This document shows positions 16,479 to 25,556 of a stretch of DNA of 54,120 nt, in pieces. Position 1 is the stretch's first letter. Each line of letters starts with the position of its first letter. The position numbers and the translations under genes are program-made. This DNA is from an uncultured Clostridia bacterium (GTDB lineage Bacteria > Bacillota > Clostridia > Oscillospirales > CAG-382). The notes beneath the pieces were generated by a model. The model saw nothing but the letters and a program-made list of their open reading frames with translations. It made no database searches and was not told where the DNA came from. The DNA lies in NCBI GenBank assembly GCA_947626805.1, contig CANQTR010000003.1:1-54120 (forward strand). Direction: 5' to 3'.

Positions 16479-17285
16479 TCAACACCGTTCGTCCGGGATT
16501 TCCCCGGTAAAGACCGCCTGTGTCTTTCCGTAAATCGTCACGTCCGACCGCGCCCTGTCCCAGCGCGCGCGGATGTTCCCGCCGCGCTGCCGCACGGCCC
16601 CGTCGCCGTCCAGAACCCCCGCGAGCGTCAGCGAAACCACGGCGGCGGCGCTCCCGGTCGCACAGGAATACGTTTCCCCGCACCCGCGCTCCCACGTCCG
16701 CATACGGATTCCCCCGTCCGGCTCCACCCGAACGAATTCCACGTTCGTCCGTTCCGGGAACAGCGAATGCCGCTCCAGCGCGGGACCGAGCGAAAAGAAC
16801 GCCTCGTCCGAAAGGTCCTCCGTCGGGACGACGCAATGCGGGTTCCCGAAGGAGAGGGCGGTCAGGCGCACCTCCCGCCCGCAAACGACCTCCGTCCGCC
16901 CGGAAAACCGCACGCGCGGCGACCCGATTCCGGCGGACACCGAAACCCCGTCCGCGCCGACCGGACCGACGAACACCTGCCGGATCCCCGCGCGGGTCGC
17001 GACCGTCAGACGGTCCTTGCGGGTGCGCCCGGAACGCGCAAACAGCGCGCCGGCGCTCATGAGCGCGTTGCCGCACATTTCCGCCTCGGTCCCGTCCGGG
17101 TCGAAGATACGCATACGGAAGTCCGCGAACGCGCACGGGCAGAGCAAAACCAGCCCGTCCCCGCCCACGCCGGTCCGCCGGTCGGACAATCGCACGGCGG
17201 CGCCCGCCGGGTCGGGCAGGAACTGTTCGAACAGTTCGATGTAGATGTAGTCGTTCCCGTTTGCCTGCATTTTCGTAAAGCGCAA
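16479..17285 (-). CDS. dapF: Diaminopimelate epimerase
   Basis: N-terminal FTKMQANGNDY, FGNPHCVV, ERGCGETYSCATG (both catalytic Cys blocks); TTG start 9 nt after AAGGAGG. Confidence 0.9.
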   Translation of the reverse strand: MRFTKMQANGNDYIYIELFEQFLPDPAGAAVRLSDRRTGVGGDGLVLLCPCAFADFRMRIFDPDGTEAEMCGNALMSAGALFARSGRTRKDRLTVATRAGIRQVFVGPVGADGVSVSAGIGSPRVRFSGRTEVVCGREVRLTALSFGNPHCVVPTEDLSDEAFFSLGPALERHSLFPERTNVEFVRVEPDGGIRMRTWERGCGETYSCATGSAAAVVSLTLAGVLDGDGAVRQRGGNIRARWDRARSDVTIYGKTQAVFTGEIPDERC

Positions 17286-17386
17286 GAGGGAACGCCTCCT
17301 TTCCTTTCATTATAGTGATTTCGCGGCGGATTGCAAGGGGATGTGCAAATTTTTTCTGCTTTTTCGGTGAATTTTTGTAAAAATGG

Positions 17387-17415
17387 TTGATTTTTTGCAA
17401 AAGGTATGCTAAAAT
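17387..17415 (+). promoter_or_regulatory. Sigma-A type promoter for the HD-domain gene
   Basis: TTGATT, 17-nt spacer, TGcTAAAAT. Confidence 0.55.
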
Positions 17416-17430
17416 GGCTTCAATCGGAAG

Positions 17431-18036
17431 TTGACCGCAAGGGAGGGGTACGGCATCGACAGCTTTTTCGCCATGGCGTTCCGCATGAAGTACATTCGGC
17501 GCTGGGGATTGATGTACGCGGTGGTGCCGGAATCCCTTTCGACCCATTCGCTGGAGGTCGCCCTGTGCGCGCACGCGCTCGCGTTCATCGGCAACGCCCG
17601 TTTCGGCAGGACCTACGACGCCGACCGCGTCGCCGCGAAAGCGCTCTACCACGACCTGCCCGAAATCTTCACCGGCGATATCCCGACCCCGGTCAAGTAC
17701 TACAGCCGGGAATCGCACGAGGCGTACGCGTCGGTCGAGGAAGCCGCGCTCGCGCGCCTGTTCGCGATGTTGCCGGCGGAATTGCGCGAATCCTACGAAT
17801 CGCTGTTCCGCTATACGCCGGAGGAGCGGACGCTCATCAAGGCGGCGGATAAACTGTGCGCCCTGCTGAAGTGCCGCGAGGAGGCGCATTTCGGCAACGC
17901 GGACTTCCGCGAGGCGGAAAAGGCGCTGCTCGCGAGCTTGCGGGAGATGCGTTGCGCGGAGGCGGACTATTTTCTGGATTCGTTCGGCGAAAGTTTCGCC
18001 CAACCCATCGATACCCTGTTGAAAACACCACGATAA
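17431..18036 (+). CDS. HD-domain 5'-deoxynucleotidase (YfbR-like)
   Basis: IRRWGLM...ESLSTHSLEVALCAHALA...YHDLPEIFTGDIPTPVK; exact start uncertain (TTG at 17431 or ATG at 17473). Confidence 0.8.
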   Translation: MTAREGYGIDSFFAMAFRMKYIRRWGLMYAVVPESLSTHSLEVALCAHALAFIGNARFGRTYDADRVAAKALYHDLPEIFTGDIPTPVKYYSRESHEAYASVEEAALARLFAMLPAELRESYESLFRYTPEERTLIKAADKLCALLKCREEAHFGNADFREAEKALLASLREMRCAEADYFLDSFGESFAQPIDTLLKTPR

Positions 18037-18050
18037 GGAGTTGCATTTCT

Positions 18051-18848
18051 ATGAAAATCGGTTTGATTTCGGATTCGTTCCGTCTGGACTTCGAGGGCGG
18101 TATCCGCGCCGCGGCGGCGCTCGGCGTTTCCGGCGTGCAGAAGTACCTGACCTACGGGGACTTCTCCGCGGCGAACATGACCCCCGAACGGGTCCGCGAG
18201 GTGCGCGGCATCATGGACGCGAACGGTCTGGTTTTCTCCGCCATTTGCGGGGATTTCGGCATCGACCTCGACAACGACGAGGTCATCGACAAGTCCAAAC
18301 GCGTGCTCGACGCGGCGAAGGAGCTCGGTTGCGGCATCGTCACGACCCACATCGGGCACATCGAGGAAACGGACAGCCCGCGCATGGAAAAATTGCGCGC
18401 CCACGCGTACGAACTCGCGACCTACGCGGACAAAATGCAGGCGAAGTTCGCGTGCGAAACCGGGACGGAAAAGGCGTCCGTCATGCGCGCCTTCCTCGAC
18501 CAGCTCGGCGCGAAGGGTCTCGCCGTCAACCTCGACCCGGCGAACCTCGTCATGGTCGCCCACGACGACCCGGTCGCGGCGGTCCGCACGCTCAAGGACT
18601 ACATCGTCCATACCCACGCCAAGGACGGCATCGTCACGGACGCGGCCGCCGGACAGTTCCTCGAAGTCCCGCTCGGCACCGGCGGCGTGGATTGGGACCG
18701 CTACCTCGCGGCGTTGCGCGACATCGGCTACACCGGCTACCTGACCGTCGAGCGCGAAGTCGGCGAACAGCCTGCCGAGGACATCGGCATGGCGGTCCGG
18801 TTCTTGCGCGAAAAGCTCGCGAAACTGGGTATCCCGCTGGAGAAATAA
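18051..18848 (+). CDS. Sugar phosphate isomerase/epimerase (xylose-isomerase-like TIM barrel)
   Basis: MKIGLISDSF..., HIGHI, CETGTE, VNLDPANL, HAKD pattern; AAGGAG 10 nt upstream. Confidence 0.8.
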   Translation: MKIGLISDSFRLDFEGGIRAAAALGVSGVQKYLTYGDFSAANMTPERVREVRGIMDANGLVFSAICGDFGIDLDNDEVIDKSKRVLDAAKELGCGIVTTHIGHIEETDSPRMEKLRAHAYELATYADKMQAKFACETGTEKASVMRAFLDQLGAKGLAVNLDPANLVMVAHDDPVAAVRTLKDYIVHTHAKDGIVTDAAAGQFLEVPLGTGGVDWDRYLAALRDIGYTGYLTVEREVGEQPAEDIGMAVRFLREKLAKLGIPLEK

Positions 18849-18850
18849 CG

Positions 18851-19693
18851 ATGGTACCGTTTACCGTAGATTTGCGCGGAAAGACCGCGGTCGTGACCGG
18901 CGGCGGGGGCGTGCTCTGCTCCGCGTTCGCGAAGGCGCTCGCGGAATGCGGCGCGGCGGTCGCGGTGCTGGATTTGCGCGCGGAGGCGGCGGAAGCCGTC
19001 GCGGCGGACATCGTTTCCGCCGGCGGGAAGGCAATCGGGCTTCCCTGCAATGTCCTCGACCGTTCCGACGCGGAAACCGCGCGGGAAAAAGTGCTGGATT
19101 GGGCGGGCGGCGTGCAGATTCTGCTCAACGGCGCCGGCGGCAACCACCCGCGCGCGACGACCGACCGGGAGACCTTCTCCCCGTCCGACCTCGACGACGG
19201 CGTCCGCACCTTTTTCGACCTCAAACCGGAGGACGTGTCCTTCGTGTTCGATTTGAATTTCATCGGGACGCTCCTGCCGACGCAGGTGTTCGCCCGCGAA
19301 CTGGTCAAGGGCGGCGGGACCATTCTCAACGTGTCCTCCATGAACGCCTACCGTCCGCTGACGAAAATCCCCGCGTACTCGGCGGCGAAAAGCGCCGTTT
19401 CCAACTTCACGCAATGGCTCGCCGTGCATTTCGCGGAAGCGGGCGTGCGGGTCAACGCGATAGCGCCCGGCTTCTTTTCGACGGCGCAGAACCGTTCCCT
19501 GCTCTTCCACGACGACGGCACGCCGACCGAGCGGACCGGGAAAATCCTCGCCGCGACGCCGATGCGCCGGTTCGGACAGCCGGAGGAACTGCTCGGCGCC
19601 CTGCTCTACCTCGTCGACGAGAAGGCGAGCGGGTTCGTGACCGGCGTGGTCCTGCCGGTGGACGGCGGGTTCTCCGCGTACGCGGGCGTCTGA
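18851..19693 (+). CDS. SDR-family oxidoreductase (UxuB/YjmF-like)
   Basis: TGGGGVLC dinucleotide motif, NGAGGNHPRATT, YSAAK catalytic motif; starts 3 nt after the upstream stop. Confidence 0.8.
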   Translation: MVPFTVDLRGKTAVVTGGGGVLCSAFAKALAECGAAVAVLDLRAEAAEAVAADIVSAGGKAIGLPCNVLDRSDAETAREKVLDWAGGVQILLNGAGGNHPRATTDRETFSPSDLDDGVRTFFDLKPEDVSFVFDLNFIGTLLPTQVFARELVKGGGTILNVSSMNAYRPLTKIPAYSAAKSAVSNFTQWLAVHFAEAGVRVNAIAPGFFSTAQNRSLLFHDDGTPTERTGKILAATPMRRFGQPEELLGALLYLVDEKASGFVTGVVLPVDGGFSAYAGV

Positions 19694-19773
19694 ACTTTCC
19701 TTGACAGCATATGCGCCTTTCCCCATTTTTGCAATGAAAAAAAGATAGAAACCACCAGTAAGGAGAGAATTTC

Positions 19774-21300
19774 ATGAAAAAACACCTGAAATCGGCGCTT
19801 TGCCTCGTGCTGCTGCTCTGCATGGTCGCCGTGTTCGCCGCTTGTGAGGAAGAACCCGCGGGCACGTCCTCCGGCTCCGTCAGCACGACGTCCGACGCGG
19901 AAAAGACCAACGAGTACCTCGGCGCGGACGGCCGTTACACCCCGAAACTCGGCGTTCTTGACGAGTATCGCGACAAAACCTTCACCATTCTTTGCGTCGC
20001 CAGCACCGGCACCTACCAATCGGACGACTTCACGACCGAAGTGGGCGAAGGCGGCATCGACTACGGCGACAACTACTACGCGGCGGTCAAAGCCCGTAAC
20101 GACCTCGTCGAGCAGAACTACGGCGTGACGCTGGACATCCGCAAGGAAGAGAACGCCGCCGCCGCCGCGACGCAGGACGCCACCGCCGGCACGAACACCT
20201 ACAACGCCTACTCCCTCGAAACCGGCAGCCTCGCGACCCTCGCGTCGGACGGTCTGCTGGTCGACTTGCGGACGCTCAACAACCTGGACCTGGAAGCCCC
20301 GTGGTGGAACCAGGACGCGAACACGGCGTTCTCCATCGGCGACAAGCTGTTCTTCACGACCGGCGATTACACCATCATGAACAAAGCCAACACCTGGTGT
20401 ATCATTTTCAACAAGCAGATGGTCGAGGACAACGGTCTCGAAAGCCCCTACGACCTGTTCAAGGACGGCGCCTGGACCTTCGACAAGATGGTCGAAATGG
20501 CGAAGGCGGTCAGCAACGCGACCCCGACCTCCGCGTGGGACGACAACAACGTCATCTACGGCATGGTCACGGCGACGGTCGATATGCGCCCGTTCTACAG
20601 CGCGTCCGGCATGCTGTTCTGTGACAAGAACGCGGCGAACGAGCCGGAACTCAAGTTCGGCATGGACGAAGCGTCCGTCAACCTCGCCAAAACGATTCTC
20701 GAAACCTTCAACGGCGCCGATTGGAAGCTGTACGCGACCGAGCTGCAGGATAAGGGCAGCAAGGACATCTGGGAGGATTCCTTCGGCGTGTTCTACAACG
20801 GACGCGCGCTCTTCCGTCCGTCGGGCTTCACGGCGGTCGCGAAGATGCGTACCCGCTCCGAAATCGAGTTCGGTATCGTCCCCCTGCCGAAGATGACCGA
20901 CACGCAGGACGAGTACATCTCGGTGCCGAACAACGGCTACTCCATCGGGATCCCGAAACAGGCGAAAGCGGAAGACGAGGAGTTCTCCGCCTATATGGTC
21001 GACGCGATGGCAGCCGGCGCGAAGTACGACCGGACCGGCGGTATGACCTACGAGTACCTCGAAACCACCCTGAAGGGCAAGGGCTACATGGACGACGATT
21101 CCCGTGAATTGGTCGACTATATCTTCTCGCACCTGCACTATGACGTGGGTTGCGTCTACGGGTTCGACGGGCTGACCGGCTTGCTCAACGACCTGTCGGC
21201 GAAAGCCAGCAGCGAAGTGCAGTCCGAGTTCGAAGCCATTCGCGAAAAGGTGCAGACCGCTATCGAAAAGGTCGTCGCCGACTACGAGTCTAACACATAA
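19774..21300 (+). CDS. Extracellular solute-binding lipoprotein (ABC sugar-binding, large LplA-type)
   Basis: Signal peptide with lipobox VFAAC; size and composition typical; AAGGAGA RBS; no permease genes adjacent. Confidence 0.7.
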   Translation: MKKHLKSALCLVLLLCMVAVFAACEEEPAGTSSGSVSTTSDAEKTNEYLGADGRYTPKLGVLDEYRDKTFTILCVASTGTYQSDDFTTEVGEGGIDYGDNYYAAVKARNDLVEQNYGVTLDIRKEENAAAAATQDATAGTNTYNAYSLETGSLATLASDGLLVDLRTLNNLDLEAPWWNQDANTAFSIGDKLFFTTGDYTIMNKANTWCIIFNKQMVEDNGLESPYDLFKDGAWTFDKMVEMAKAVSNATPTSAWDDNNVIYGMVTATVDMRPFYSASGMLFCDKNAANEPELKFGMDEASVNLAKTILETFNGADWKLYATELQDKGSKDIWEDSFGVFYNGRALFRPSGFTAVAKMRTRSEIEFGIVPLPKMTDTQDEYISVPNNGYSIGIPKQAKAEDEEFSAYMVDAMAAGAKYDRTGGMTYEYLETTLKGKGYMDDDSRELVDYIFSHLHYDVGCVYGFDGLTGLLNDLSAKASSEVQSEFEAIREKVQTAIEKVVADYESNT

Positions 21301-21319
21301 GACCATTGAATGGTGAACA

Positions 21320-21410
21320 GACGACCCCGCGCAAGCGGGGTCGTTTGTCCATTCAAGGGGCTTTTTGAAAAAATCCCCTTGAAAATCCCCCAAAACGTTT
21401 CAAATAGGTG
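21320..21410 (+). repeat. Modular interspersed repeat, copy h
   Basis: GC hairpin GACGACCCCGC-GCAA-GCGGGGTCGT (also a plausible terminator of the SBP gene), then CCATTCAAGGGGCTTTTTGAAAAAATCCCCTTGAAAATCCCCCAAAACGTTTCAAATAGGTG. Confidence 0.85.
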
Positions 21411-21506
21411 TCGGGACCATGCGCCCCGCCCCAGACGTTTATCGGGTTTCGCGTCACCCCCTGATGCGCCGCCGGAATCGGGAACTATCCAAAAAATCAG
21501 CGCCAT

Positions 21507-21593
21507 TAAAACACCAAACCGAAAAATTTTTGAGGATTTTCAAGGAACTTTTTTTAAAAAGTTCCTTGAATGGGGCGTGGGGTGAAACCCCAC
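21507..21593 (-). repeat. Modular interspersed repeat, copy i
   Basis: Perfect B palindrome TCAAGGAACTTTTTTTAAAAAGTTCCTTGA; A hairpin GTGGGGT-GAA-ACCCCAC. Confidence 0.9.
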
Positions 21594-21629
21594 AAAAAAA
21601 CCCCGGTCCCGCGCGAATCGCGGGACCGG
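21594..21629 (-). terminator. Rho-independent terminator of ddl
   Basis: CCGGTCCCGCG-CGAAT-CGCGGGACCGG; the minus strand continues with TTTTTTT. Confidence 0.8.
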
Positions 21630-21673
21630 TTTGCGAGCGCGCCGACGTCGTCGGCGCGGTTGCAAAATCGCGT

Positions 21674-22870
21674 TCATCTTTTCGCGCCCTTCGCGCCCTT
21701 CGAGCCGCTCATACCGCCGCCGAGCGCAAAAACGTTCGTGTCGAAGGAGTAGGTGAGGTTCGCCTGCTTGCGGGCGCGTTTGCGGGCGATGGCAATCAGC
21801 CGGTCGAGCAGTTCGGGGTACGGCACCCCCGCCGCCTCCCAAAGGTAGAACGCCAGCGAGCCGGGAATCGTGTTGATTTCGTTCAGGTAGACCCGCCCGT
21901 CCGCCCCGTCGAGCAGGAAGTCGATACGCGCGACGCCGGAGCAGCCGAGCGCCCCGAACGCGCGGACCGCGAGCGACTGTATCTCCGCCGTGCGTTCCGG
22001 CGGCAGTTCCGCGGGAATCTTGCGCTTGAGCGACGCCATTCCGGCGGACTTCCCGCCGCCTTTCCCGCCGTCGAGGTACTTATCCTGATAGGAAAGAATC
22101 TCGTCGACGGCGAGCGGCTCCTCCAGCACCGACGCCTCCGCGCCGTCCTCGTCGCCGAGCACGGCGCAATTGACCTCGCGCAACTGCTCGACGGCGCGCT
22201 CCACCAGAACCGCGTCCGCGAACGCGAACGCCGTATCCAGCGCCGCGAGCAGGGCGTCGCGGTCCCGCGCCTTGCCGATACCGACCGACGAACCGAGGTT
22301 GACCGGCTTGACGATGACCGGATAGCCGACCTCCGCCTCGACCCGACGGACGACGCCGTCCGGGTCCGCGTAATCCCCGGCGGAAAACCGCAGCGCGGGC
22401 AAAACCGGGAACCCCAGCGACTGCCAAAGCAGCTTCATGACGTACTTGTCCATCCCCACGGCGGACGCGAGCACGTCGCACCCGACGAACGGAATCCCGA
22501 GCGTCCGCAAAAACCCCTGCAGCGCCCCGTCCTCCACGTTGGTCCCGTGCACGATGGGGAACGCCACGTCCGGCTCGGCAAGCACGCTGCTCCCGAACCG
22601 CCTGGCGGGCACCCGCTTGAGCACGACCCGCCCGTCCTCGCGCGTCATGGAAACGCGGGTCGCCTCCCGCAAAAGCGCCGGAATATCCCGGTAGCGCTTG
22701 ATGTCGCGCAGGACGTCCCCGGTGTAGAACTCGTTGTCCTTGGTCAGGTAGACCGGCAGGACGTCGTACCGCTCCGCGTCCATGCTCTCCATCGCCTGGA
22801 TCGCCGAAATGACCGAAATCTCGTGCTCGACGCTCCTGCCGCCGAACAGCACCGCAACCTGTATCTTCAT
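21674..22870 (-). CDS. ddl: D-alanine--D-alanine ligase
   Basis: MKIQVAVLFGGRSVEHEISVISA, VHGTNVEDGALQG, ATP-grasp blocks, NEINTIPG. Confidence 0.9.
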   Translation of the reverse strand: MKIQVAVLFGGRSVEHEISVISAIQAMESMDAERYDVLPVYLTKDNEFYTGDVLRDIKRYRDIPALLREATRVSMTREDGRVVLKRVPARRFGSSVLAEPDVAFPIVHGTNVEDGALQGFLRTLGIPFVGCDVLASAVGMDKYVMKLLWQSLGFPVLPALRFSAGDYADPDGVVRRVEAEVGYPVIVKPVNLGSSVGIGKARDRDALLAALDTAFAFADAVLVERAVEQLREVNCAVLGDEDGAEASVLEEPLAVDEILSYQDKYLDGGKGGGKSAGMASLKRKIPAELPPERTAEIQSLAVRAFGALGCSGVARIDFLLDGADGRVYLNEINTIPGSLAFYLWEAAGVPYPELLDRLIAIARKRARKQANLTYSFDTNVFALGGGMSGSKGAKGAKR

Positions 22871-22897
22871 GGATATGCCCCTTTCCTGTGCTTTCTC

Positions 22898-24475
22898 TCA
22901 GTATTGGTCCGGCAGGTCGTTCTCCAGCAGGACCACCTTCCGCTTCTCCGTCGGGAACGCGCGAACCGCCGCGAGCGCCTCGTCGAGCGTCCGCACGACG
23001 CGGATCCGCTCCGGCGGGTACCCCCGTTTCTCCAGCCCGCGCCGAATCGGGAGCGCCTGTTTCTCCCCGACCAGCACGCAAAAATCGCAGACTTCGGCGG
23101 CTTGTTCGCCGAACGCCTCGTTGCAGGTCTCCGTATCCGCGCCCAATTCCACCATCCCCGGCGTCACGAGAATCCGGCACGCGTCGAACCGCCCGAGCGT
23201 TTCAAGCGCCGCGCGGCAGCCGGCGGGATTGGAATTGTAGGCGTCGTCGATGTAGGTAACGTCGCCGGGCAGCAGCTGCATACGGTGCGGCACGGCGGTC
23301 AGCTTCCGCACGGCGGGCGCGAGCGACGCAAGCGGTATCCCGAACGCGTGGCAGACCGCGAGCGCGCCCGTCACGTTCAGCACGCTGTGCTCCCCCAGCA
23401 GGCGCATCCGGAAGCGCGCCGTTTCCCCGTCCGGCGCCGTCAGCGTGAACGCCGTACCGGACAGCGACACCTCGACGTCCGTCGCCCGGTAGTCGTTCCC
23501 CGCGCGCAACCCGTAAAGCAGGCGCGGGCGGTCCGGCAGGTTGTCGCGAATCAGGTCGCAGTCGCCGTTGAGGAACAGCAGACCGTCCGGCGGGAGCGCG
23601 TCGGCGAGCTCGAATTTCGTGCGGACGATGTTTTCTTGCGTGTGGAAGGTTTCCAGGTGCTGGTTGCCGATGGCGGTGATGATGCCGTGACGCGGGTGCA
23701 CCAGGTCGCAAAGTTCCTTGATGTCCCCGACGTGCCGCGCGCCCATCTCGCAGACGAACACCTCGTGCGTCGGGCGCAGATGTTCCCGCACGGTCCGCAC
23801 CACGCCCATGGGGGTGTTGAAACTTTCCGGCGTGATCAGCGTGTCGAATTTCACGTCGAGCAGGGCGCCGAGATAGGTCTTGACGCTCGTCTTGCCGTAC
23901 GACCCGGTCACGCCGACGGTCAACAGGTCCGGGCAGGCGCGGAGCCGACGCACCGCGTCGCGGCGGTACCAACGCTTGACCCACGCCTCGACCGGCGCGC
24001 ACAACGCCCACGCGACCCACGCGACCAACGGCGAGCAGACCAGCGCGACCGCCAACACGAACAGCCCCCGCCCGTACCGCACATACCGAACGACCGCGAC
24101 CCCCGCGCAAACCGCAAGCAGCACCCCGTACACGCCGCACAGCCGCTTGACCCGACCGGTAAACTTCAACGGCTTCTTCGCCCGTTCCCGCGGGCTGAAC
24201 CACCGCGCGCAAACCGCGAACAGCCCCGCGCACACGCCCCACAGCCACGCGCGCCCCGCCGTCGCCGTCGCGAAAAACGCGAACGGGAGCGAAAGCGCCG
24301 CCGGCAAAAGCCCGCCCGCCAGCTTCCGCGGCGCGCCGACCAGCCGCCGCCAGACCTCGGTCGGGCGGTAGGACTGCAATTGCAGCAGGTGCGCCCAGTG
24401 CAGGGCGGAAATCCACGCGCTCCCGCCCCAAACGAGCAGGCAGACCCCGGCGACGACCCCGAAAAACGCCGTCAT
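22898..24475 (-). CDS. MurF-type Mur ligase with N-terminal polytopic membrane region
   Basis: First ~185 aa form 5-6 hydrophobic helices. Then GVTGSYGKTS P-loop, CEMGARHVGDI, ITAIGNQHLETF and a C-terminal Mur ligase domain. ATGA overlap with the upstream hydrolase gene. Confidence 0.75.
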   Translation of the reverse strand: MTAFFGVVAGVCLLVWGGSAWISALHWAHLLQLQSYRPTEVWRRLVGAPRKLAGGLLPAALSLPFAFFATATAGRAWLWGVCAGLFAVCARWFSPRERAKKPLKFTGRVKRLCGVYGVLLAVCAGVAVVRYVRYGRGLFVLAVALVCSPLVAWVAWALCAPVEAWVKRWYRRDAVRRLRACPDLLTVGVTGSYGKTSVKTYLGALLDVKFDTLITPESFNTPMGVVRTVREHLRPTHEVFVCEMGARHVGDIKELCDLVHPRHGIITAIGNQHLETFHTQENIVRTKFELADALPPDGLLFLNGDCDLIRDNLPDRPRLLYGLRAGNDYRATDVEVSLSGTAFTLTAPDGETARFRMRLLGEHSVLNVTGALAVCHAFGIPLASLAPAVRKLTAVPHRMQLLPGDVTYIDDAYNSNPAGCRAALETLGRFDACRILVTPGMVELGADTETCNEAFGEQAAEVCDFCVLVGEKQALPIRRGLEKRGYPPERIRVVRTLDEALAAVRAFPTEKRKVVLLENDLPDQY

Positions 24476-25272
24476 TTCCGACCCCCCTCTCCGATTTGCA
24501 GGAAACTACGCACCGCGCGCTCGCAGGTGTACGGGTCCTCCGCGAAGGAGAAATGCCCGACCCCCGGCAGGCGCACCAGCCCCGCGTCCGGGATCTCGCT
24601 TTCCATGCGAAGTCCGTCGGAAAGCGGGGTGGCGGTGTCGTTTTCGCCCCAAATCAGCAGGGTGGACGGGGCGATTCTCGGCAGGAGCGGCGACAGGTCC
24701 TCGTTGACCGCCTTGACGAGGCAGGCTTTCATGACCGGCGACGCGGCGGCGTAATCGGACGACCCCTTCCCGCTCCGAAAGCGCTCCAGCGCGTTCGGGA
24801 ACAGCTTGCGCACCGGCGGGAGCGACAGCACCCGCTTGCCGAGCTTATAGGTTCCGACTTTGCACCGATAGCCAAGCCCGCGTTTCGGGCGTATCCCGGC
24901 GGCGTCGAACAGCACCATCTTCTCCACCGAAAACGGCAGATCCGTCCGCGCGCCCAGCTTCAAGCAGATTCGACCGCCGAAGGAATGCCCGAACAGCACC
25001 ACCCGTTGCGGCGCGAACGGCTCCAAAAACGCCAGCGCGAACCGCGCGAACCCGTCGACGTCCCACGGTTCGGACGGCTCCTCGCTCCCGCCGAATCCCG
25101 GCAGGTCCGGCGCAAGCACGAAATACCGCTCCCCGACGACGTCGAGCAGCCGCCCGAACAGCCCGCCGGTCGCGCCCCAGCCGTGCAGGAACAGCGCGAC
25201 GGTCGACCGATCCCGCTCTTCGCCCCGGCATTCGTACCGCACGGTTCTTCCAAAGACCTGTGTTTGCGCCAT
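24472..25272 (-). CDS. Alpha/beta hydrolase
   Basis: LHGWGATGG, LPGFGGS, nucleophile elbow GHSFGG, C-terminal GHFSF; start MAQTQVF at 25272. Confidence 0.85.
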   Translation of the reverse strand: MAQTQVFGRTVRYECRGEERDRSTVALFLHGWGATGGLFGRLLDVVGERYFVLAPDLPGFGGSEEPSEPWDVDGFARFALAFLEPFAPQRVVLFGHSFGGRICLKLGARTDLPFSVEKMVLFDAAGIRPKRGLGYRCKVGTYKLGKRVLSLPPVRKLFPNALERFRSGKGSSDYAAASPVMKACLVKAVNEDLSPLLPRIAPSTLLIWGENDTATPLSDGLRMESEIPDAGLVRLPGVGHFSFAEDPYTCERAVRSFLQIGEGGRK

Positions 25273-25445
25273 GTCCGTCCCCCGTTTGCAAAATTTTTCC
25301 GAACGCATTCCTTTTTTCAGTATAGCACGTTTTTCCGGTCCTGTCAATCCGCGTTCCCAAACTTCGCCGACTTTTTTCTGCCAGATTTTCTCGCGTAAAA
25401 AGCGTTCGTCGTTCTGTCAATACTAATCGTGAGAAAGTGACGAAT

Positions 25446-25543
25446 CGGGGCGTTGCCCCAAGCCCCATTCAGGGAACTGTTTGAAAAAAGTTCGGGAACT
25501 TTTGAAAAAAGTTCCCTAAAATCCTTCAAAAACTTTTCAAATA
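25446..25543 (+). repeat. Modular interspersed repeat, copy j (A, two B-type hairpins, C)
   Basis: GGGGCGTTGCCCCAAGCCCCATTCAGGGAACTGTTTGAAAAAAGTTCGGGAACTTTTGAAAAAAGTTCCCTAAAATCCTTCAAAAACTTTTCAAATAAGG; runs directly into the RBS of the next gene. Confidence 0.85.
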
Positions 25544-25556
25544 AGGAGATTTTACC

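Noticed and set aside
21419-24754. 1111-aa ORF on the plus strand
   Set aside because: It is antisense to ddl and the murF-like gene, which carry unmistakable motifs. The translation is Arg/Pro/Gly/His-rich low complexity with no motif, so it is a typical high-GC antisense artefact.
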